From an uncultured Planctomycetota bacterium (GTDB lineage Bacteria; Planctomycetota; PLA2; JAEUHO01): a DNA stretch of 64,000 bases. Positions within the stretch are counted from its first letter, which is position 1. Every line of letters begins with the position of its first letter. This document shows positions 23,756 to 37,306 of the stretch, in pieces. The stretch spans positions 128,001-192,000 of the forward strand of contig CAVVXN010000003.1 in assembly GCA_963752285.1 (NCBI GenBank), given 5' to 3'. Under the pieces are notes generated by a model that was not told the origin of the DNA, searched no databases, and saw only the letters and a program-made list of their open reading frames with translations. The position numbers were made by a program, and so were the translations under genes.

Positions 23756-24520
23756 CTACAGGCGCGCGGTCTCGTCGGGGACGATCGTCGGGAGCGCGCC
23801 GCGGGACTCGTCGATGAGGAAGTCCGCGGCGACGCGCGGACCGTACCGGTTCTCGATCACCTCGGCGTGCGACCGGCCCGGCGCGTCGGCCGGCTCGATC
23901 CAGCCCGCGCGGTCGCAGTGACGTGCGACCTCGCCCGGGCGCGCGTCGGCTTCGAGGCAGGCGACGATCGCCAGGTGGAGGCGCGAGGCGAGCAGCGAGA
24001 GCGTCCGGACGAGCGATCCGAGCTCTTCGCCGTCCGGCCGGATCACCGCCTGAAGGAGGTCGATCGCGAGGACCTCGGCGCGGAAGGGCATGCGGACCAG
24101 GCGGTCCTCCAGCGACGCGGCCGAGAAGCCACGCGCCTCGACGACCCAGAACGGCAGCGTCGAGAGCGCGTGGCCCGCGCGGGCCACCCGCTTCGCGGCG
24201 TCGGGGTCCGTCGGGCCGCTCGTGATCTCGCGCGCCGGGACGCCCGCCGCCATCGCGAGCAGGCGGACGGCGACCGTCTCCGCGGGCAGGTGGTAGCTCG
24301 CGTAGAGCACGCGCCGACCTCCCGTCGCCGCCCCGTGGAGGAGCGAGAGGAGGAAGGCCGACTTGCCGGCGCCGCGCGGGCCCCCCCAGAGGTGGAGGTG
24401 CCCCGCGGGCAGGTCGGCGCCGAGGTCGTGGAGCAGACGTCGATCGGGCGGGGCGTCGGTGACCCCGTCCCCGGCATCCGGGAGACCGAGACCGGCCAGC
24501 AGATCGCCGAGTCGTTTCAT
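23756..24520 (-). CDS. Stand-alone DnaB-like C-terminal (RecA-fold) ATPase domain
   Basis: Walker A GGPRGAGKS, Walker B-like LAIDLLQ, C-terminal IENRYGP (DnaB K.R.G equivalent); start uncertain. Confidence 0.6.
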   Translation of the reverse strand: MKRLGDLLAGLGLPDAGDGVTDAPPDRRLLHDLGADLPAGHLHLWGGPRGAGKSAFLLSLLHGAATGGRRVLYASYHLPAETVAVRLLAMAAGVPAREITSGPTDPDAAKRVARAGHALSTLPFWVVEARGFSAASLEDRLVRMPFRAEVLAIDLLQAVIRPDGEELGSLVRTLSLLASRLHLAIVACLEADARPGEVARHCDRAGWIEPADAPGRSHAEVIENRYGPRVAADFLIDESRGALPTIVPDETARL

Positions 24521-24723
24521 GACCCGGATCCTCCCGCCCGGGGGGGACATCGGTCCGGGCGCGCCGCGGCGGGCTCGCACGGAGAACGGCCCCTCGATCG
24601 CCACGCAGGTCGCGAGCGTGGTGGTAGCCTGACCGCGACAAATGGCCGGGGAGGGCCTCCCGTGGGGCTTCGAGGACCGCGAGGGGTCCCGGCGCCGCGT
24701 CCCCACGCACGAGGGAACGTCGT

Positions 24724-25419
24724 ATGACCGAACGCCCGAAGATCGCCGTCATCGAAGACGACGCGCACGTGCGCGATCTGCTCTCGGTGGTCCTCTCCGA
24801 CGCGGGGATGGAGCCCCGAGGCGCCGGGGACGGGACCGTGGGGCTCGATCTCGTCCGGGGCTGGGAGCCGGACCTGGTCCTGCTCGACTACGGTCTCCCG
24901 AAGGGACCGACCGGCCTCGACGTCTGCCGAGAGCTACGCCGCCAGCCGGAGACGGCGAACCTGCCGATCATCGTGCTGACCGCGCAGCTGAACGACCAGC
25001 TCGAGGAGTCGTTCTTCGAGGCGGGCGCGGACGACTACATCCGGAAGCCGAACTTCAAGGCGAGCCTCCTGATCTCTCGGATCACCGCGGTGCTGCGCCG
25101 CACGCGTCCCGCAGGCGCGGACGTGGTGCAGACCGAGCACCTCGTGATCCACCCGGGGCGGCGCGAGGCGCTCGTGGACGGCGAGCCCGTGAACCTGACG
25201 CCCACGGAGTTCGACATCCTCTACAAGCTCGCCACGAACCGCGACCGCGCGCTGTCGCGCCGCGAGCTCCTGGACCGCGGCGGCGCCGACGGCGAGGGCG
25301 TGGACCGCACCGTGGACGTCCACGTGCTCTCCATCCGCAGGAAGCTCGGCAAGCACGCCTGGCTCGTGTCCACCGTCTGGGGCGTGGGCTATCGGCTGGG
25401 GACCGCGCCGGGCGTCTGA
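24724..25419 (+). CDS. OmpR/PhoB-family response regulator
   Basis: EDD, phosphoacceptor LLDYGLP, GADDYIRKP, winged helix LTPTEF...RTVDVH...TVWGVGY. Confidence 0.93.
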   Translation: MTERPKIAVIEDDAHVRDLLSVVLSDAGMEPRGAGDGTVGLDLVRGWEPDLVLLDYGLPKGPTGLDVCRELRRQPETANLPIIVLTAQLNDQLEESFFEAGADDYIRKPNFKASLLISRITAVLRRTRPAGADVVQTEHLVIHPGRREALVDGEPVNLTPTEFDILYKLATNRDRALSRRELLDRGGADGEGVDRTVDVHVLSIRRKLGKHAWLVSTVWGVGYRLGTAPGV

Positions 25420-25887
25420 GAGCCCGTGAAGGAATCGAGTCCGGGGCTTCGGCCGGCTGCGGCGCCGCGATGCGGCGTCGCGCGTCGTCAGCGACCCACG
25501 GCGGGGTCGCCTCTTCCTCGTGCCTTGCCTCGCGCCCCCTCGCTCGGCCTCGGGCCCTCGGCGCCTTCCTTCACAGGCCCCAAGCCGCGCGTGTGGCCCG
25601 TCTCGCGCCGCGCGGCGCCTTCCCGAGGCGATCCCGATGCCTCCCCGGTGCCTCCCCGGGCGCCTTCGCGACGCGCTCGCGACGCGCTCGCGGGCGGCGC
25701 GAGCGCCCCTCGGGCGTCCGTGCTCCGCCGGTGAAAGGCCGTTTTTCGCCCCGCAGCGGCCTCCGGGCGGCCTTCGAGCCCCTTCTCCCGCAGCCGCGCC
25801 GAGCCACCGGGCCGGGGGGCCGCCGGGGGGGGATCGACACCCGCCGCGGGGTCGCGCTCGCTCGCGAGCCGTTCCGGGGGCCCTCCG

Positions 25888-25905
25888 ATGACAGGCGGAT
25901 GACCG
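25888..25905 (-). promoter_or_regulatory. Pho-box-like 11-bp-period direct repeat
   Basis: Minus strand CGGTCAT-CCGC-CTGTCAT, next to an AT-rich patch about 190 bp upstream of porin 1. Confidence 0.3.
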
Positions 25906-26096
25906 CCTACTACCTAACTTCTTACGAAAATCCTCTCCGGGGACGCCCTTCATCTCTGGAGGCGGGGGGGGCGCCCTCCGATCCTTCCTCTCGTACCCGC
26001 GGTGCCGAGGGCCCCGTGGGGTCCCGGCGGGGTTGGCGCTCCATCCGAGGACAGGCAGGAGACGCCGGGACGCAACACAGGGAGGCAAGGAACACG

Positions 26097-27521
26097 ATGA
26101 AGCGCATCGCACTGGTGGCGGTTGCGGTCGGGCTGATGGCCTGGGCCGCGGCCCCTGCGCTGGCCGACAGCCAGCCGACGACCGCCGACATCGACACGGC
26201 GGTTTCGAACTATCTCGCGTCGGCCCAGAGCGACGCGAGCCTCGTCGGTGGCACGGGCAGCGCCGGGTACGACTCCGGTTTCTGGATCCGTGGCGGGGAC
26301 TTCACGCTCAGGATCAACCTGACGCTGCAGGCCCGCTACGAGATCTTCAAGTTCGACAAGGACGAGCAGCTCGGCTTCCGCGGCACGACCGCGAATCAGC
26401 GGATCGGGGCGGGCCTGCCCGGCGGCGGCGACCTGTCGGGCTTCTCACTGCCGCGTTCGATCCTGAAGTTCAGCGGCACGGCTCCGTGCAACGTCCGCTA
26501 CTACGTCGAGATGGACTTCGGCCATCACGGCGGCTCGCTCTACGGGCTGCCGTGGACGTACGCGGGCTACCTCGCGCAGTTCAACGGCGCGATGTGGCTG
26601 AACAACTGGTACCAGTACTCGAACACGCGTGAGGCGTGGATCGAGTGGGGGATGAGCGACCTGCTCAACGTCCGGATGGGTCAGATCATGATCCCGAGCA
26701 CCCGTCAGCTGATGACGGCTCCGGAGCTGCAGCAGTTCGTGGACATCTCGATGGCGTCGTCTCTGACGGGCCAGCTGCAGCCGGGCTACACGGATCGCAA
26801 CCGCGACATGGGCGTGATGGTCCATGGGACGTTCGGCTGCTCGAACGACTGGCAGTACATGCTGGCGGTCACGAACGGGGACGGCGGGGACTCGATCCGC
26901 AACGTGCTCAACCCCCTGACCAACGACAACTTCATGTACAGCGGTCGTCTGAACTGGGCGTTCCTGGAGCCGATCGGCTACACGGAAGGCGCGACCCGGT
27001 TCAAGAGCTGCACGTGGTACGGCGAGGCCGGCGTGTGGGGCAGCTACTACGCGCAGCGCGTGGACCACCCGCACACGAAGATCGGCAACCGCCTGATGTT
27101 CGGCGGCGACGTGGCGTTGGGCTACGGCGGCTTCTCGTTCACGGGAGCCTTCACGTACTACAAGTTCAACAAGAGCGACGTGGGGATCCTGGACGAGGAC
27201 TGGTACCTGATCCTGGTGCAGGCGGGGTACCTCTTCCCGGACACGCCGTGGGAGATCGCGGCTCGTTGGAGCTACTACAACCGCAAGATCGCGGCGGCGG
27301 GCGGCGACCTCAAGCCGACCACGAGCGAGATCTCGGGTGCGATCAACTACTACCTGAACGGCCACGGCAACAAGCTGACGCTGGACTTCACGTACATCTC
27401 CGCGAAGGCCGACGGCGCGGCGGGTGGCGGCTGGTTCGACGTGTACCCGGGCGTGCCGCTCGGTTACGACTCGGATGCCAACCACTACCTCATCCGCTTC
27501 CAGTGGCAGCTCGCTCTCTGA
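26097..27521 (+). CDS. Outer-membrane porin, OprO/OprP-like beta-barrel (copy 1)
   Basis: Signal peptide ending APALA, AGYDSGFWI, LQARY, EAWIEW, alternating aromatic strands, WEIAARWS, INYYL.GH..K, terminal strand IRFQWQLAL. Confidence 0.8.
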   Translation: MKRIALVAVAVGLMAWAAAPALADSQPTTADIDTAVSNYLASAQSDASLVGGTGSAGYDSGFWIRGGDFTLRINLTLQARYEIFKFDKDEQLGFRGTTANQRIGAGLPGGGDLSGFSLPRSILKFSGTAPCNVRYYVEMDFGHHGGSLYGLPWTYAGYLAQFNGAMWLNNWYQYSNTREAWIEWGMSDLLNVRMGQIMIPSTRQLMTAPELQQFVDISMASSLTGQLQPGYTDRNRDMGVMVHGTFGCSNDWQYMLAVTNGDGGDSIRNVLNPLTNDNFMYSGRLNWAFLEPIGYTEGATRFKSCTWYGEAGVWGSYYAQRVDHPHTKIGNRLMFGGDVALGYGGFSFTGAFTYYKFNKSDVGILDEDWYLILVQAGYLFPDTPWEIAARWSYYNRKIAAAGGDLKPTTSEISGAINYYLNGHGNKLTLDFTYISAKADGAAGGGWFDVYPGVPLGYDSDANHYLIRFQWQLAL

Positions 27522-27544
27522 CCACCCCCCACGGCCGCGAACGT

Positions 27545-27646
27545 TCGGCGCTCTGAGAGGCCAGTTCGCGGCCCTTCCTCCTCCTTGCGTGCATTCGCAC
27601 GCGGCGTCGTCGTCATGGCCACTCCTTTGGCCTCTCAGAACGCCGA
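27545..27646. repeat. ~100-bp inverted-repeat element, copy 1
   Basis: Arms TCGGCGCTCTGAGAGGCCA / TGGCCTCTCAGAACGCCGA, internal hairpin GCGTGC-attc-GCACGC; second copy at 29862. Confidence 0.85.
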
Positions 27647-27668
27647 CCGCATGCGCACGCGGGGGGGC

Positions 27669-28152
27669 GGGCTCGCGGCGTCGGCCTTCGGCCTCGCCGC
27701 ATTGCCCTTGTGAGGCCCCAGCCCCGGGGAGGGAGCTGGGGCCTCTTCTCGTTTCGGGGGGGCTCGCGGCTTCGGCCTTCGGCCTTGCCGCCTCGCCCTT
27801 CGTAGGGGCGGGCTCGCGGCGTCGGCCTTTGGCCTCGCCGCATTGCCCTTGTGAGGCCCCAGCCCCGGGGAGGGAGCTGGGGCCTCTTCTCGTTTCGGGG
27901 GGGCTCGCGGCTTCGGCCTTCGGCCTTGCCGCCTCGCCCTTCGGAGGTGCGGGCTCGCGGCGTCGGCCTTTGGCCTCGCCGCATTGCCCTCGAGGCTCCG
28001 GCCCCGGGGAGGGAGCTGGGGCCTCTTCTCGTTTCGGGGGGGCTCGCGGCTTCGGCCTTCGGCCTTGCCGCCTCGCCCCTCGGAGGTGCGGGCTCGCGGC
28101 TTCGGCCTTCGGCCTTGCCGCATGGCCCTTCGGGGGGGTGGGCTCGCGGCTT
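27669..28152. repeat. Tandem REP/BIME-like hairpin array 1 (period about 141 bp)
   Basis: 40-bp palindromic unit GGGCTCGCGGC(T/G)TCGGCCTT(C/T)GGCCT(C/T)GCCGC...GCCC at 27669, 27760, 27810, 27901, 27951, 28040, 28090 and partially 28140, interleaved with a GAGGCCCCAGC...GCTGGGGCCTC hairpin. Confidence 0.9.
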
Positions 28153-28434
28153 GGGGGTTTGGGTTTCGGGTTTCGGGGTGGGCGCGGGGCGTGGGCGTGC
28201 GGGGGGTGGGGGATCGGGAGGGGGCGTTGGGGTAGGACTCTTGGTCCCTCGGGGCCTTATGGGGTTGGCGGGTGACGGCGTTGTGACCGGCTTCGGGCCC
28301 ACTGTGGGGGTGGCACGCTCTCTCGGGGGCCCTGCAGGAGGCCCGCGCGCGTGTCTTGCGCATCGCAGGCGAACGGCGGGACCGGCCAGGCCGGTACGGA
28401 GCCGCCGGTGATCGACAAGGGAGGTTGGCAAATC

Positions 28435-29874
28435 ATGAAGCGAATCGCATTGGCGGTCGTCGTCGCCGGTCTGCTCGCGTGGGTCGCGACGCCGGCGCGC
28501 GCGAGCGACCAGCCGACGACCGCCGACATCGACACGGCGGTTTCGAACTATCTCGCGTCGGCCCAGAGCGACGCGAGCCTCGTCGGTGGCACGGGCAGCG
28601 CCGGGTACGACTCCGGTTTCTGGATCCGTGGCGGGGACTTCACGCTCAGGATCAACCTGACGCTGCAGGCCCGCTACGAGATCTTCAAGTTCGACAAGGA
28701 CGAGCAGCTCGGCTTCCGCGCCCCCCGGACGGTCGTGACGACGAACCAGCAGGTCGGTCCCGCGGGCCTGCCCGGCGGCGGCGACCTGTCGGGCTTCTCA
28801 CTGCCGCGTTCGATCCTGAAGTTCAGCGGCACGGCTCCGTGCAACGTCCGCTACTACGTCGAGATGGACTTCGGCCATCACGGCGGCTCGCTCTACGGGC
28901 TGCCGTGGACGTACGCGGGCTACCTCGCGCAGTTCAACGGCGCGATGTGGCTGAACAACTGGTACCAGTACTCGAACACGCGTGAGGCGTGGATCGAGTG
29001 GGGGATGAGCGACCTGCTCAACGTCCGGATGGGTCAGATCATGATCCCGAGCACCCGTCAGCTGATGACGGCTCCGGAGCTGCAGCAGTTCGTGGACATC
29101 TCGATGGCGTCGTCTCTGACGGGCCAGCTGCAGCCGGGCTACACGGATCGCAACCGCGACATGGGCGTGATGGTCCATGGGACGTTCGGCTGCGCGAACG
29201 ACTGGCAGTACATGCTGGCGGTCACGAACGGGGACGGCGGGGACTCGATCCGCAACGTGCTCAACCCCCTGACCAACGACAACTTCATGTACAGCGGTCG
29301 TCTGAACTGGGCGTTCCTGGAGCCGATCGGCTACACGGAAGGCGCGACCCGGTTCAAGAGCTGCACGTGGTACGGCGAGGCCGGCGTGTGGGGCAGCTAC
29401 TACGCGCAGCGCGTGGACCACCCGCACACGAAGATCGGCAACCGCCTGATGTTCGGCGGCGACGTGGCGTTGGGCTACGGCGGCTTCTCGTTCACGGGAG
29501 CCTTCACGTACTACAAGTTCAACAAGAGCGACGTGGGGATCCTGGACGAGGACTGGTACCTGATCCTGGTGCAGGCGGGGTACCTCTTCCCGGACACGCC
29601 GTGGGAGATCGCGGCTCGTTGGAGCTACTACAACCGCAAGATCGCGGCGGCGGGCGGCGACCTCAAGCCGACCACGAGCGAGATCTCGGGTGCGATCAAC
29701 TACTACCTGAACGGCCACGGCAACAAGCTGACGCTGGACTTCACGTACATCTCCGCGAAGGCCGACGGCGCGGCGGGTGGCGGCTGGTTCGACGTGTACC
29801 CGGGCGTGCCGCTCGGTTACGACTCCGACGCCAACCACTACCTAATCCGCTTCCAGTGGCAGTTGGCGCTCTGA
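28435..29874 (+). CDS. Outer-membrane porin, OprO/OprP-like beta-barrel (copy 2)
   Basis: GGGAGG RBS, signal peptide ending TPARA, mature region nearly identical to copy 1. Confidence 0.8.
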   Translation: MKRIALAVVVAGLLAWVATPARASDQPTTADIDTAVSNYLASAQSDASLVGGTGSAGYDSGFWIRGGDFTLRINLTLQARYEIFKFDKDEQLGFRAPRTVVTTNQQVGPAGLPGGGDLSGFSLPRSILKFSGTAPCNVRYYVEMDFGHHGGSLYGLPWTYAGYLAQFNGAMWLNNWYQYSNTREAWIEWGMSDLLNVRMGQIMIPSTRQLMTAPELQQFVDISMASSLTGQLQPGYTDRNRDMGVMVHGTFGCANDWQYMLAVTNGDGGDSIRNVLNPLTNDNFMYSGRLNWAFLEPIGYTEGATRFKSCTWYGEAGVWGSYYAQRVDHPHTKIGNRLMFGGDVALGYGGFSFTGAFTYYKFNKSDVGILDEDWYLILVQAGYLFPDTPWEIAARWSYYNRKIAAAGGDLKPTTSEISGAINYYLNGHGNKLTLDFTYISAKADGAAGGGWFDVYPGVPLGYDSDANHYLIRFQWQLAL

Positions 29875-29965
29875 GAGGCCAGTTCGCGGCCCTTCCTCCT
29901 CCTTGCGTGCGTTCGCACGCGGCGTCGTCGTCATGGCCACTCCTTTGGCCTCTCAGACCGCCAAC
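29862..29965. repeat. ~100-bp inverted-repeat element, copy 2 (overlaps porin 2 stop codon)
   Basis: Arms GTTGGCGCTCTGAGAGGCCA / TGGCCTCTCAGACCGCCAAC, internal GCGTGC-gttc-GCACGC. Confidence 0.85.
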
Positions 29966-29985
29966 CGCATGCGCACGCGGGGGGG

Positions 29986-30327
29986 GGGCTCGCGGCTTCG
30001 GCCTTCGGCCTCGCCGCATTGCCCTCGAGGCCCCGGCCCCCGGGAGGGAGCTGGGGCCTCTCGTTTCGGCGGGCTCGCGGCTTCGGCCTTCGGCCTCGCC
30101 GCATTGCCCTTGAGGCCCCGGCCCCCGGGAGGGAGCTGGGGCCTCTCGTTTCGGCGGGCTCGCGGCTTCGGCCTTCGGCCTCGCCGCATTGCCCTCGAGG
30201 CCCCGGCCCCCGGGAGGGAGCTGGGGCCTCTCGTTTCGGCGGGCTCGCGGCTTCGGCCTTCGGCCTCGCCGCATTGCCCTTGAGGCCCCAGCCCCGGGGA
30301 GGGAGCTGGGGCCTCGTCTCGTTTCGG
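29986..30327. repeat. Tandem REP/BIME-like hairpin array 2 (4 x 85 bp)
   Basis: Units start at 29986, 30071, 30156, 30241; each is the 40-bp palindrome plus the GAGGCCCC(G/A)GC...GCTGGGGCCTC hairpin. Confidence 0.92.
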
Positions 30328-30593
30328 GGGGGCGGCTGGGGCGTTTGGGCTGGCGGCGGTGCGTTGGGGGGGGGCGTGAAGGGGGGGGATTGCGCTCGCG
30401 GCGGGAATCGTTAGGCTACGGCCGTCCGGCGTGAAGTCGGACGACCCGTCGGGTCCGATCCTGCCCTCATGGGGACCCAGCGGGCATTGCCCTGCCTCCT
30501 ACCCGCCCCGGCGTCGAGTTCGAACGCCGGGGCATCTTCTTTGGGGGCGGCGGGGGACCCGCGCGGTCCACCTTCGAATACCATGACGCGCCC

Positions 30594-36247
<5,654 letters not shown>

Positions 36248-36255
<8 letters not shown>

Positions 36256-37306
36256 CGCGCTCGCCGCGGCCTTCCGCGCGCTCCCGAAGCCCGACCTGCA
36301 CCTCCACCTGATGGGCGCGCTCCGTCCCGGGACGATCGTGGACCTCGCGCGGCGCGCGGACGCGCCCGTGCGGTCGCGCGCCGAGCGCGCCGTGGCGGAG
36401 GGCTTCGCGTTCCAGGACCTCTCCGCGTTCGTCTCCTTCGTGATCGGGCTCTTCGAGCTCGTCCTCTCCCCCGACGCGTTCGCCCGCGCGGCGTCGGAGG
36501 CGCTCGAGGACGCCGCGCGCGCGGGCGCCCGCCACGTGGAGCTCCGCGTGACCCCGTGGAGCCACCTCGTGCGCGGTGCCGACGAGGCGTCCATGTTCGA
36601 CGCGCTGCTCTCGGCCCGACACGAGGCGGAGCGGCGGCACGACGTCACCTCCCGGATCGTCCTGGACTTCCCGCGCACGCTCGCGCGGTCCGTCGCGGAG
36701 GAGACGCTCGACGTGGCCTTGAGGCGCCGCGGCGCGGGCGTCGTGGCGCTCGACCTCGCGGGCGACGAGCAGGCGATCGCCTTCGAGCCCGCGTTCGAGC
36801 CCGTCTTCGCGCGCGCGCGCGCCGAGGGACTGGCGGTCCTCGCGCACGCCGGCGAGGGGGCCGGGCCCGACAGCGTCGCCGGCGCGCTCGACCGCTACGG
36901 CGCCCGGCGTATCGGCCACGGGACCCGTGCCGTCGAGGACCCGCGCCTCGTGGAGCGCCTCGCGCGGGAGGGGGTGGTCCTCGAGGTGTGCCCGTCCTCG
37001 AACGAGGCCCTCGGGGTCGTCGCCTCCGTCGCCGAGCACCCGGTCCGGCGTCTGATCGCCTCGGGCGTCCCGGTCACCGTCGCCACGGACGACCCGACGC
37101 TGTTCTCGACGGACCTGGTACGGGAGCACGTGCGACTGGTTTGCGAGGCGGCCGTCTCCCCCGACCGTCTGTACGAGGCCGCGGGCCGGGGCTTCGACGC
37201 CGCGATCGTCGAGCCCGGTCCCACGGGGCACGCCCTTCGCGAGCGGCTCGGGGCGCTGGCCGCCTCGGCGCGGGCCTTTGGCGCGTCGGTCGGCCCGCGA
37301 GAATGA
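36248..37306 (+). CDS. add: Adenosine/adenine deaminase
   Basis: PKPDLHLHL, DLAGDE, HAGE, RIGHG, LEVCPSSN, TDDP. Confidence 0.9.

Noticed and set aside
24642..26096. 959-aa ORF extending porin 1 upstream
   Set aside because: The extension is low-complexity and overlaps the regulator; the signal peptide and purine-rich RBS region place the start at 26097.
28311..28326. Sigma54 promoter upstream of porin 2
   Set aside because: TGGCACG is present but the -12 element reads CTCG instead of TTGC.
27424..28431. ORFs across the repeat arrays (also 29741-30434)
   Set aside because: Translations merely mirror the DNA repeats in several frames; no RBS or protein-like composition.
26097..29874. Diversity-generating retroelement behind the porin duplication
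   Set aside because: No reverse transcriptase in the window, and the differences are not adenine-specific substitutions.
27669..30327. Repeat arrays as CRISPR
   Set aside because: The sequences between repeats are themselves near-identical rather than unique spacers, and no cas genes are present.
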